A DNA stretch of 29,491 nucleotides. Origin: Pyrinomonadaceae bacterium (GTDB lineage: Bacteria > Acidobacteriota > Blastocatellia > Pyrinomonadales > Pyrinomonadaceae). Positions 8,642 through 17,652 of this stretch are shown here, piece after piece (position 1 is the stretch's first letter; every line of letters starts with the position of its first letter). Location of the stretch: contig DATLXD010000114.1 in assembly GCA_035575965.1 (NCBI GenBank), positions 1 to 29,491 of the forward strand. The letters are read 5' to 3'. The notes beneath the pieces were generated by a model. It did not search any database and was not told where the DNA came from. It saw only the letters and a list, made by a program, of their open reading frames with translations. A program made the translations under genes and the position numbers.

Positions 8642-9050
8642 CTAGGGTGTTTGACCTCTTTGAATAAACATTCGAACCATTGTCTGCAATTGCGTAGTAG
8701 TGAATAGTTTTGGCAAAAAAACGTCCGCGCCCGCCGAAAAACTTTCCGACGAACGAAAGACACAGATTTTGTTCATCCGTCATCATAATCATCGGAATTT
8801 TCATCAAGCGTTTTTTTCGACCTCATATGGCGGACGAGTTTCGTGCCTTGAATATACGGCATCTCGACATCAAAAACCGCCGCCCCAAAGGCTCGCCCGA
8901 TTATAAAAGTTTATACGCCTCTTTGCCTTCGCGTGCCGAGACGATCGTATAACCTTCTTCTTCGATTATTATTCTAAACAGACGCAAGATAGCCGGGTCA
9001 TTGTCGGCAACCAAAATCTGTTTTTCTTCGCCGCTTTGCTATTTGTTCAT
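8642..9050 (-). pseudogene. Decayed single-domain (CheY-like) response regulator
   Basis: AGGA RBS and ATG at 9050. Receiver motifs ILVADND, AAVFDVEMPYIQG, IPMIMMT and ADVFLPK are recoverable across TAG (9039-9041), TAA (8901-8903) and three frameshifts (about 8885, 8811-8817, 8750). Confidence 0.88.
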
Positions 9051-9094
9051 TAATAGTCCTTTTTTTTGACGTTGATGATTATTCTATAAAAATA

Positions 9095-10183
9095 TCATCC
9101 GTTTGACGAATTTAATCGATGAGGTTGCCGAGTATTTACTAATTTTGCCGCCAGCTTTATCGCCGCCTTCATACTTGAGGCGTCGGCTAAATTTTTCCCC
9201 GCAATATCGAAAGCCGTACCGTGGTCAACCGATGTCCTGACGAGCGGTAAGCCAAGCGTTACATTGACCGATGCGCCGAATGACAAGCATTTAACGGCAA
9301 TCGTCGCTTGGTCGTGGTAACAGGAAATAATCGCGTCGAATTCGCCTTTAAACCCGCGCAGAAAAATTGTGTCGGGCGAATATGCGCCGGACACATCTAT
9401 GCTAAAATTTTCTCGACATTCCGTAATTGCCGGAATTATTTCATCTGCTTCTTCCGTCCCGAACATTCCGCCTTCGGAAGCGTGCGGATTAAGACCGGCA
9501 ACCGCGATTTTTACATCTTTTTTTAATAATTTTGATAACGATTGATGGGAAAACTTAATCAGTTCCACCAAGTTTTCTTTTTTTATCAAATCAATCGCGT
9601 CGCGGAGTGAAATGTGCGTCGAAAGCAGAATGACGCGCAAGTTTTCCGCAAAAAAACTCATCGCAAATTCTTTTGAATTGGTTAAATGTGCAAGAAATTC
9701 CGTGTGTCCGGGAAAATCATAGCCGCCGAGCGCAATCGCCCGTTTGCTAATCGGCGCAGTGCAAATCGCATCGATTTTTTCCTCGCGCCAGAGCCGGACG
9801 GCTGTTTCGATATATTCGGCGGCGGCGCGTCCAGTTACGCCTGAATCTTCGCCTAAAATTACTTCGTCCGGGATATTGCGTAAATCGTGAACGGCAATTT
9901 GGTTTGAATTGTGCGGAAGATTTTTCGTCGCTTCAACGAAGTCAAACTCTATTCCTAAATCTCGCGCCGTTTTTTTTAAATACGCGGCATCGCCGATAAC
10001 GACGGGCGAGCAAAATTTTTTTATTTTATCGTCGGCAAGTGCTTTGAGCGTGATTTCCGCCCCGATTCCGGCGGCATCGCCCATCGTTATGCCGACTCGC
10101 GTCGAAGATTTATCCAGATTAGATTTTGAGATATTTTCGTTTTGTTTGACATTCACCGAATCATTTTGACATAAAAGCTGCAA
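9095..10183 (-). CDS. pdxA: 4-hydroxythreonine-4-phosphate dehydrogenase; start uncertain, probably further downstream
   Basis: GITMGDAAGIG, THISL, NPHASE, YHDQ and RTSVDHGTAFDIAG motifs. Confidence 0.93.
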   Translation of the reverse strand: MQLLCQNDSVNVKQNENISKSNLDKSSTRVGITMGDAAGIGAEITLKALADDKIKKFCSPVVIGDAAYLKKTARDLGIEFDFVEATKNLPHNSNQIAVHDLRNIPDEVILGEDSGVTGRAAAEYIETAVRLWREEKIDAICTAPISKRAIALGGYDFPGHTEFLAHLTNSKEFAMSFFAENLRVILLSTHISLRDAIDLIKKENLVELIKFSHQSLSKLLKKDVKIAVAGLNPHASEGGMFGTEEADEIIPAITECRENFSIDVSGAYSPDTIFLRGFKGEFDAIISCYHDQATIAVKCLSFGASVNVTLGLPLVRTSVDHGTAFDIAGKNLADASSMKAAIKLAAKLVNTRQPHRLNSSNG

Positions 10184-10237
10184 TAATACCCAAAATACTC
10201 AAAAAATTATTTTTGTATTTTGTGTATTATTGCAGCT
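10176..10237. repeat. 23-bp inverted repeat (1 mismatch, 16-nt spacer) downstream of ftsZ
   Basis: AGCTGCAATAATACCCAAAATAC (10176-10198) versus GTATTTTGTGTATTATTGCAGCT (10215-10237). Confidence 0.9.
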
Positions 10238-10259
10238 AATCATTTTCCTGCTTTAAACT

Positions 10260-11402
10260 TTAATCTGCTTGGCGACGAATAAACGTGGGAACGTTTATAT
10301 CTTCGTCTTTTTTTACGTCTAAAGGATTGTATGTCGGCGGCATCGTCGCGCCGCCCGCAGCCGCTTGTGCGGTCTCCGCAAACGGTGATAACGATGTCGC
10401 TGTTTGTTTGTAATTGTCAAAGCCGGTGGCGATGACGATTATCTTCACATCGTCTTCCATATCTTCGTCAAAGACCGTTCCAAAAATGATATTCGCGTCT
10501 TCATCGGCTTCTTGATAAATCAGTGAAATCGCTGCCTCAATCTCGTCGAGCGGCATATTTTTTGAACCTGTGATATTGATAAGTGCGCCACGCGCTCCCT
10601 TGATTGAATTTTCTTCGAGCAGTTTAGAATCAATCGCCGCCTTCATCGCGCTGATTGCCGCGCCGTCGCCTGTTCCGTGTCCAATACCCATCAGAGCCAC
10701 GCCCATTCCCTGCATTACTGATTTAACGTCCGCGAAATCGAGATTGATAACGCCTGAAACGGTTATCAAATCGGAAATGCCTTGAACGGCTTGCAGCAAA
10801 ATATCGTCCGCGCGGCGAAACGCATCCATAATCGAAATTTTTTCTTCGACTTCTTTGAGTTTTGAATTCGGAATCGTAATAATCGTGTCGACACAGCCGC
10901 GCAGTTCCGCGAGTCCTTCTTCGGCTTGCCGCATACGCTTTTTGCCTTCGACCGTGAAGGGCTTGGTCACGACGGCGACGGTCAATGCGCCGAGTTCGAT
11001 GGCAAGGGCGGCAATAACCGGCGCGGCGCCCGTTCCCGTTCCGCCACCGAGTCCGGTGGTCACGAAAACCATATCCGAGCCTTCCAGAACGTCCATTATC
11101 TTATCGGTGTCTTCAATCGCTGCCTGCCGCCCGATTTGTGGGTTTGCGCCCGCGCCGAGACCGCGCGTTAATTGGCTTCCAAGCTGAATCTTTATCGGAG
11201 CTTTGGAATCGTTTAAGGCTTGCACATCCGTGTTCACCACAATAAACTGCACGCCTTTGATGCCTGCCTCAATCATTCGATTAACCGCATTGCTTCCGCC
11301 GCCGCCAACGCCGATGACGATGATTTTTGCACCCGTTACAACCTCGTCGGCAAACTCCAGCATCATTCCTTTATTTTTTATTTGAAGACCGTTCGTAATC
11401 AT
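10260..11402 (-). CDS. ftsZ: Cell division protein FtsZ
   Basis: [13 protein letters not shown], tubulin signature [16 protein letters not shown]-terminal peptide [12 protein letters not shown]. Alternative start at 11366 or 11363. Confidence 0.98.
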   Translation of the reverse strand: MITNGLQIKNKGMMLEFADEVVTGAKIIVIGVGGGGSNAVNRMIEAGIKGVQFIVVNTDVQALNDSKAPIKIQLGSQLTRGLGAGANPQIGRQAAIEDTDKIMDVLEGSDMVFVTTGLGGGTGTGAAPVIAALAIELGALTVAVVTKPFTVEGKKRMRQAEEGLAELRGCVDTIITIPNSKLKEVEEKISIMDAFRRADDILLQAVQGISDLITVSGVINLDFADVKSVMQGMGVALMGIGHGTGDGAAISAMKAAIDSKLLEENSIKGARGALINITGSKNMPLDEIEAAISLIYQEADEDANIIFGTVFDEDMEDDVKIIVIATGFDNYKQTATSLSPFAETAQAAAGGATMPPTYNPLDVKKDEDINVPTFIRRQAD

Positions 11403-11549
11403 TATTTATAATTCCTTTTGAAGAAAATTTAATTGTTAAAACTATTTTTATGAATTTCCGAGAGATTTTGCGATTTCAACAAGATATTGTGTCTATGGCG
11501 AAAAAGCATACAACGATTTGGGGTAAAAAATCCAGCCCAAATGTTAAAT

Positions 11550-12788
11550 TTATCTAAATTTATCTCGAAAATTTTCAAACCACTCGGCAACCTTGCGCGA
11601 CGGCGACTTTCCGCCTTGATTTTGCTCGCGGATTTGTAAGCGCATCGAAGCAAGTGCCAGCCCGCAAGCCGTCGCCCATTCGGGACTTTGCACTTCGTCG
11701 AGCAGCCCGCCGAAATGTTTTTGTTCCAAAAAACCGAGCCGTGTCGGCGCGTCGAAAACCTGTTCGGCAATCTCCACCATTCCGCGATTAAGTGAGCCGC
11801 CGCCGGTCAACACCACGCCGCTCGAGATTTGCCCGCGAATATTAAAAACTTCGTGCGCGATGTGCTGCAAAAGCTCGACGGCGCGCGGCTGCATAATGTC
11901 GCACAAAATTTCCTTTGATAGTTGGCGCGTTTCCTGTCTGCCGACCGGTGTAACCTCAATAATTCCTTGTCTTTCTTCTGCACTCATCAAAAATCCGGCA
12001 ACGCATCCGTAATGATGTTTGATTCGTTCGGCTTCGGGAATCGAAACGCGCAAACCGACGGCGATGTCCTTGGTAAAGTGCATTCCGCCGAACGGAAAAA
12101 CAATTGTGTGCTGTACCGCACCGCGACCGAAAATCATCAAGCTCGTAAGTTCTTCACCGATATTAACGAGAGCGCAGCCGTATTCCTTATCATCGTCAGA
12201 AAGCGTGCTGTTTGCTGCCGCGAGCGGCTCGAGCATCATTCTTTCTTCTTCGAGATCGGCTTGATGAATAGCTTTAACGATATTTTGCCTGCCCGCGCTT
12301 GGACTCGTGATAACGTGAATGCGGCTTTCCAGCCGCGACCCGCGCATTCCAATCGGTTCGACAATTCCGTCCTGCCCGTCAATAATAAATTCCTGCGGCA
12401 AGCGGTCGACGATTTCCCAACCCGCCGGAAGCTGCATCGCGCTGGCGGATTCGACTGCGCGTTCGACATCTTCAGTCGTAATCTCGCGTCCCGCGCCGGC
12501 AACCGCGACGACACCGCTTTTGTTTTCGCCGCGCAGGTGTTCGCCCGAAAGATTGACCGTCGCCGTATGAATCGACAAACCGCTAACGCGCTCGGCTTCT
12601 TCGACGGCTTTTTTGATTGATTCGACAACCGCGTCGGTCGTGGTTACAATTCCGCGCCGCAATCCGCGAGATTCAGCCGTGCCGATACCGACAATATTCA
12701 TCATGCCGTTTTCGGACGCTTCTCCGATGACGCACCGAATTTTGCTCGTGCCGATGTCTAATCCGACTGCTTGTATTTCACGACTCAT
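11550..12788 (-). CDS. ftsA: Cell division protein FtsA
   Basis: GLDIGTSK, VVLTGGGS, C-terminal amphipathic KVAEWFENF; directly upstream of ftsZ. Confidence 0.97.
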   Translation of the reverse strand: MSREIQAVGLDIGTSKIRCVIGEASENGMMNIVGIGTAESRGLRRGIVTTTDAVVESIKKAVEEAERVSGLSIHTATVNLSGEHLRGENKSGVVAVAGAGREITTEDVERAVESASAMQLPAGWEIVDRLPQEFIIDGQDGIVEPIGMRGSRLESRIHVITSPSAGRQNIVKAIHQADLEEERMMLEPLAAANSTLSDDDKEYGCALVNIGEELTSLMIFGRGAVQHTIVFPFGGMHFTKDIAVGLRVSIPEAERIKHHYGCVAGFLMSAEERQGIIEVTPVGRQETRQLSKEILCDIMQPRAVELLQHIAHEVFNIRGQISSGVVLTGGGSLNRGMVEIAEQVFDAPTRLGFLEQKHFGGLLDEVQSPEWATACGLALASMRLQIREQNQGGKSPSRKVAEWFENFRDKFR

Positions 12789-12796
12789 TTATTTTC

Positions 12797-12843
12797 AATT
12801 ACGAATTAAGTCAATAATAATTGCTTAATCGTAATTCGTAATT
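12797..12843. repeat. Inverted TAATTCG-family heptamer arms at the ftsQ-ftsA junction
   Basis: AATTACGAATTA (12797-12808) is the exact reverse complement of TAATTCGTAATT (12832-12843). Confidence 0.75.
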
Positions 12844-12848
12844 TTCAT

Positions 12849-13676
12849 TTAGTTAACACGAAATTCAAATTTTTCTTTTTGACTGCTTAAATCAAGCGAT
12901 TTTACTTCCTTACCTTTTCCCGCTATTTTTTCCAGACCGGTTTGCAGGCGTTTGCCGAAATTCTCTGTGGATAAAATAATCGTTACCGCTTCGCCGGAAT
13001 CCTGCACAACTACTTGCGGTTCTTGCAAATCGGTTAAATCAACCGAATTGACACGCTTGGCAAGCTCGAAATTTTGCCATTCATCCAGCATTTTCATATA
13101 AATTTTCACTCGTTCCTGATTGTTTTTAATCGCTTTGTCCGTTTTATCTTCATTCCATCCGCGCAAAGCAAACGGCGGACGTTCATCGTTTTTTTCGACT
13201 GCACCGAGAATTACTGCGTCATCGTCCGCCCAAACGTTGCCGGAGCCTAGTTGCACGACGGCACGCGGCACGCGCTCGTTGACATCGACGCGAATACCGT
13301 CGGGCAAAACACGCGAAACGACGACTGATTTGACGAGCGTAAATTTTTCGATGCCGTCTTTAATCTCCTTTAAATCCGCATTCAAAACGCCGAGTTTTTC
13401 AGCCGAAGCGCGGGCGATTTTTTCAATATCTTCTTTTGGAATCTTGTTTATGCCGCGAATGTCAACGGTTTTTACATCGAAAAATGCCGCCGCTGTCCCC
13501 GTTCGGTAACCCATAAACAATAAAAAACCTAAACAAAACAAAATGCCTGCGCTAAAAACGAGCGGAACAATGAAGTTAGCCAATGTTCCAGAACTCCTTT
13601 TTCGGTTGGCAATCGTTCTGCTCGGTCTTTTTGAAGTCGTTCCTATTTTTCGGATTGTTCTTTTTTGTGTTGCCAT
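12849..13676 (-). CDS. ftsQ: Cell division protein FtsQ/DivIB
   Basis: Basic cytoplasmic N-terminus, one TM helix, POTRA-like segment (VKSVVVSRVLPDGIRVDVNERVP); position before ftsA. Confidence 0.9.
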   Translation of the reverse strand: MATQKRTIRKIGTTSKRPSRTIANRKRSSGTLANFIVPLVFSAGILFCLGFLLFMGYRTGTAAAFFDVKTVDIRGINKIPKEDIEKIARASAEKLGVLNADLKEIKDGIEKFTLVKSVVVSRVLPDGIRVDVNERVPRAVVQLGSGNVWADDDAVILGAVEKNDERPPFALRGWNEDKTDKAIKNNQERVKIYMKMLDEWQNFELAKRVNSVDLTDLQEPQVVVQDSGEAVTIILSTENFGKRLQTGLEKIAGKGKEVKSLDLSSQKEKFEFRVN

Positions 13677-13689
13677 AATTATTTGAAAA

Positions 13690-13756
13690 GACGCGGAGAA
13701 ACGGCGACGCGGCGATTTTTACTCTCCGTGTCCCCGTGTCCCCGTGTCTCCTTGTC
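13690..13756. repeat. Inverted octamer arrays spanning the murC stop codon
   Basis: GACGCGGA GAAACGGC GACGCGGC GA, loop TTTTTAC, then TCTCCGTG TCCCCGTG TCCCCGTG TCTCCTTG TC. Confidence 0.88.
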
Positions 13757-15128
13757 GCAAAGTTTCTAATATCTCATCGGAAAGTCGCGTGATGCTTCCC
13801 GCGCCCAAAGTTATAACCAAATCATCTGCCTGCAATTCCTCGGCGATTTGAGCGGCGGCATTATCAATTTCGCCGATATACCGCACGTTTTTATGACCGT
13901 ATTTTTTGATGTTCTCGGTCAAAATCTCGGCGGTTACGCCCTCGATCGACTGCTCGCTCGCCGCGTAAATATCCGAAACAAAAAGCACGTCGGCGTTATT
14001 AAAACAAAGCGCAAATTCGTCCATCAATTCCTGGGTTCTGGTGTAGCGATGCGGTTGGAAAACAACCACCGTCCGCTTGCCGCCCGAACCGTTTTTCGCC
14101 CCCGCGAGCGTTGCCGAAATTTCCGTCGGATGATGACCGTAATCGTCGATTACCGTGATACCTTTCGCTTCACCTTTGAATTGAAAACGGCGGTTGGCAT
14201 TCTTAAATTTAGTAAATGCTTCGGCGATTTTCTGGAACGGAACGTCAACTTCCAGCGCAACGGCAATGGAGGCTAAAGCATTATAGATATTGTGTTTGCC
14301 CGGAACAGGTAAGTTTATCTCGCCTAAAACTTCGGCGCCTTTCCAGACATTAAAAGCCGAGCCGAAATTATCGTTATAGCGAATGTTATGCGCTGAAACA
14401 TCGGCTTGCGCGGTCATTCCGTATGTAACGCGGCGGCGTTTGATGTTGGGAATAATAAGCTGAACATTCGGGTCGTCGAGACAGATGATGCACGCGCCGT
14501 AAAACGGAACTTTATTGACAAAATCCGTGAAACACTGCACCACGTCGTCCATTCCTTTGTAAGATTCCATATGTTCCTTATCAATGTTCGTCACGACGGA
14601 AACCGTCGGATTGAGCATCAAAAAAGAACGGTCGCTTTCGTCGGCTTCGGTTACAAACCAATCGCTCGTGCCGAGCTTCGCGTTTGAGCCGAGCGTGTCA
14701 ACCACGCCGCCGACAACCGTCGTGGGTTCCAATCCAGCGTGTCCTAAAATCGTGGCAATCATCGAAGTCGTCGAAGTCTTCCCGTGAGTTCCGGCAACCG
14801 CCACCGAATACGGCTTCAAAGTCATCAATTCGGCGAGCATTTCCGCACGCGGTATAACCGGAATTTTCCTTTCTTTGGCAATTACTACTTCTGGATTATC
14901 TTCCTTAACCGCCGATGAATAAACCACAACCTGCGCGTCGCCGACGCTTTCCGCCGCGTGTCCTTCGTAAATTTTAGCGCCGGCTTTTTCCAGTCGGTCG
15001 GTAATTTTCGATTTTTTCAAATCAGAACCTGAAACAGAGAATTCCAGATTGCACAAAACTTCGGCGATGCCGCTCATTCCGATGCCGCCGATACCGATAA
15101 AATGTATGTTTTTAACGTGCCGAAACAT
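13719..15128 (-). CDS. murC: UDP-N-acetylmuramate--L-alanine ligase
   Basis: HFIGIGGIGMSG, AGTHGKTSTT, EADESD, DDYGHHPTE and FQPHRYTRT motifs. Confidence 0.98.
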   Translation of the reverse strand: MFRHVKNIHFIGIGGIGMSGIAEVLCNLEFSVSGSDLKKSKITDRLEKAGAKIYEGHAAESVGDAQVVVYSSAVKEDNPEVVIAKERKIPVIPRAEMLAELMTLKPYSVAVAGTHGKTSTTSMIATILGHAGLEPTTVVGGVVDTLGSNAKLGTSDWFVTEADESDRSFLMLNPTVSVVTNIDKEHMESYKGMDDVVQCFTDFVNKVPFYGACIICLDDPNVQLIIPNIKRRRVTYGMTAQADVSAHNIRYNDNFGSAFNVWKGAEVLGEINLPVPGKHNIYNALASIAVALEVDVPFQKIAEAFTKFKNANRRFQFKGEAKGITVIDDYGHHPTEISATLAGAKNGSGGKRTVVVFQPHRYTRTQELMDEFALCFNNADVLFVSDIYAASEQSIEGVTAEILTENIKKYGHKNVRYIGEIDNAAAQIAEELQADDLVITLGAGSITRLSDEILETLRQGDTGTRGHGE

Positions 15129-15131
15129 TTC

Positions 15132-15186
15132 GATTTTGGATTTTGGATTTTGGATTTTTCAAATTTGCAATCTCAACCACAAAATC
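15132..15186. repeat. GATTTTG x3 array with a degenerate inverted arm at the murG-murC junction
   Basis: GATTTTG x3 (15132-15152) plus GATTTT; counter-arm CAAATTT GCAATCT CAACCA CAAAATC (15160-15186). Confidence 0.85.
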
Positions 15187-15211
15187 AAGTTTTCCTTTTA
15201 CAAAACAATCT

Positions 15212-16285
15212 CTATCTTGCCAATTCTTCTATTAAATTAACTGTCGTTTCCGCCGCGTCCCGTTTCGCCAAATTTTTTGCGGAAGTTTCCATCTCCGTAA
15301 TTTTTTCGGGCTTTTCAATCAATTCAACGATTTCTTTTGCCAGACTTTCACCCGATAAATCTTTTTGTAAAATTATTCGCGCCGCGCCTTTACTGACTAA
15401 CGCTTCGGCGTTTTTGCGTTGATGGTCGTCGGCGGCAGTCGGAAGCGGAATCATAATCGCGGCTTTTCCAGCCGCCGCAACTTCCGCGCAAGTCGTCGCG
15501 CCCGCACGACAAATTATCAAATCCGTTTCGGCAAATTCGGAAACCATATCGGAAATATAACGGCTGACATCGGCATTTTTCCAATCGTTTTCCGCATAAC
15601 CTTTTTCAACTGTTTCAAAGTCCGATTCGCCCGTTTGATGCGTGATTTGCAATCGGTTTTTGAACGATTGCAAATGTTTTAAACTTTCAACCACCGCCGA
15701 ATTAATCGCTCTTGCGCCTTGCGAGCCGCCGAAAACGAGCAGGGAAAATTTTTCATTTTCTCTTTGTTTCTGCAGAATGTCAAAAAACTCTTTTCGCACC
15801 GGATTTCCCGTAACAATGCCTTTCTTGCCGAAAAACTCGACGGCTTCTTCAAAGGTCAAAGCGGCTTTTGTCACAAACGGCGCAAGCCTTCGATTTGTAA
15901 AACCGGGAAGCGCGTTTGAGTCCATAACCAGCGTCGGAACACGCATAAGGCTCGCCATTAAAAGAACCGAACCCGAAACATAACCGCCTGCGCCAACAAC
16001 AACTTCAGGCTGAAAATCTTTTATCAATCTACGCGCTTCGAGAAAACTCTTCGGCAAAATCAACAAACCTTTTATTTTTCCAAGCAGTCCGACATTTTTC
16101 AGTCCCGCGCTGTCTATCAAAGCAAGCTCAAATCCGTTGTCGGGAACAATTTTCGTTTCAAGCCCGCGAGCCGTGCCGACGAACAAAACTTTCGACTCAG
16201 CGTCACGCCGCACGATTTCTTTGGCGACGGCGATTCCCGGGTAAATATGTCCGCCGGTTCCGCCGGCGGCTATGATTATTCTCAT
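15212..16285 (-). CDS. murG: Undecaprenyl-PP-MurNAc-pentapeptide N-acetylglucosamine transferase
   Basis: GGTGGHIYP, GNPVR, GGSQGA, RAGATT and DHQRKNA motifs. Confidence 0.98.
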   Translation of the reverse strand: MRIIIAAGGTGGHIYPGIAVAKEIVRRDAESKVLFVGTARGLETKIVPDNGFELALIDSAGLKNVGLLGKIKGLLILPKSFLEARRLIKDFQPEVVVGAGGYVSGSVLLMASLMRVPTLVMDSNALPGFTNRRLAPFVTKAALTFEEAVEFFGKKGIVTGNPVRKEFFDILQKQRENEKFSLLVFGGSQGARAINSAVVESLKHLQSFKNRLQITHQTGESDFETVEKGYAENDWKNADVSRYISDMVSEFAETDLIICRAGATTCAEVAAAGKAAIMIPLPTAADDHQRKNAEALVSKGAARIILQKDLSGESLAKEIVELIEKPEKITEMETSAKNLAKRDAAETTVNLIEELAR

Positions 16286-16302
16286 TTATCTTGCTTAGTA
16301 AA

Positions 16303-16363
16303 GACGCGGCGATAGGGACACGGCAACGCGGTGAAAATCTCCTTGTCTCTGCGTCTCTGTGTC
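16303..16363. repeat. Inverted octamer arrays at the ftsW-murG junction
   Basis: GACGCGGC GATAGG GACACGGC AACGCGGT GA, then AAA, then TCTCCTTG TCTCTGCG TCTCTGTG TC. Same family as 13690-13756. Confidence 0.85.
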
Positions 16364-16378
16364 GTATTTTCAAATCAC

Positions 16379-17584
16379 TCACTTCAATCCCGTTTGCCCG
16401 CGCTTTCTTCTACGCGGCGGCGTTTCAAATTCGTCATTTTTAACATCAACTTTCAAACCAACAGTTCCGGCATACTGCGATATATTCAACAAAATCCCGA
16501 CGGCAAAAAGTGTAACGACGATTGACGAGCCGCCGTAGGAAATAAAGGGAAGCGGAATACCTTTTGCCGGAAGAATCGAAATTACGACCGAGATATTAAA
16601 AAGTGCCTGTACGATAATTCCCGTAATAATTCCGATGCCGAGTAGCATTCCGAAACGGTCGGGCGCGCGCAAAGCTGCTCGCGCGCCGCGCCACAACAGA
16701 AAACCGAAAGCCAGAACGACCGTCAGAGTTCCGATTAAACCGAGTTCTTCGCCGACGACCGCGAAAATAAAATCCGAATACGGATACGGCAAGTAAAAAA
16801 GTTTTTGCCGACCTTTTGCAAAGCCTTCGCCCATAATTCCGCCCGAACCGATGGCGTAAAGTCCTTGCACGACTTGATAACCGCCGTCGCCGGAGTTTTC
16901 CCACGGATTTATAAAAGCGAAAAGTCGCTTCATTCGCCACGGCGAAAGGATGAGAAATAAAATTCCGACGAGCAGCAGACTTCCGATTGTCAATGTAATG
17001 TGCTTCAATTTCGCGCCTGCCGCAAAATAAACCGTTACAAAAATCGCGCACAAAACCATCGTCGTTCCTAAATCCGGCTCAGCCATTACCAACGCGCCTA
17101 AACAGCCCAAAACCAGCCCGCACGGCAAAACCGTTTCCCTTAAATCTTCGACCGTATCTTCGTTTTTCGTCAAAAAATAAGCAAGAAAAATCGGCAGAGC
17201 GACCTTGGCGATCTCCGAGGGCTGAAATGACATTCCCGAATAACGCACCCAACGCCGCGCGCCGTTAATAGGCGGAGATCCGAAAACCGCGAGCAGCAAA
17301 ATTGCCGTAATCCCTAAAATTCCATAAACGATTGTTTTGCTTTCATAGCGATGATAATTTATTTTGCTGGTCAGATACATCGCCGCCAGACCCAATAAAG
17401 TAAAGCCTGACTGTTTATAAAAATACGTGAACTGGCTTTCGCCCTGCGTTTCCCTGAGCGCAATCATCGCCGACGCGCTGTAGACCATAATCGAGCCGAA
17501 CACGGCAAGACCGGCGGCAACCGCAAACATTAACCAATCTATGCGAAGTTTTTTTACCATTCTTAAAATCAATCCGAAGTTCAA
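16379..17584 (-). CDS. ftsW: SEDS peptidoglycan polymerase FtsW; probable start ATG 17560
   Basis: GARRW, FQPSEIAK, EPDLGT, GYQVVQG, SDFIFAVVGEELG and PFISYGGSS motifs. Confidence 0.96.
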   Translation of the reverse strand: MNFGLILRMVKKLRIDWLMFAVAAGLAVFGSIMVYSASAMIALRETQGESQFTYFYKQSGFTLLGLAAMYLTSKINYHRYESKTIVYGILGITAILLLAVFGSPPINGARRWVRYSGMSFQPSEIAKVALPIFLAYFLTKNEDTVEDLRETVLPCGLVLGCLGALVMAEPDLGTTMVLCAIFVTVYFAAGAKLKHITLTIGSLLLVGILFLILSPWRMKRLFAFINPWENSGDGGYQVVQGLYAIGSGGIMGEGFAKGRQKLFYLPYPYSDFIFAVVGEELGLIGTLTVVLAFGFLLWRGARAALRAPDRFGMLLGIGIITGIIVQALFNISVVISILPAKGIPLPFISYGGSSIVVTLFAVGILLNISQYAGTVGLKVDVKNDEFETPPRRRKRGQTGLK

Positions 17585-17652
17585 TGTCCAATGTTTAATA
17601 TTTTAGTTTGTTCCGCAGACTGACCTTGGGCTTTGGACTTTAGACTTTGGAC
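17573..17652. repeat. Inverted CAAAGTC/GACTTTG heptamer arrays across the murD 3' end
   Basis: CGAAGTT CAATGTC CAATGTT (17575-17595) faces GACCTTG GGCTTTG GACTTTA GACTTTG GAC (17622-17652). Confidence 0.8.

Noticed and set aside
8571-8952. ORFs 8571-8807, 8700-8906 and 8710-8952 as real genes
   Set aside because: They are fragments or antisense frames of the response-regulator pseudogene at 8642-9050.
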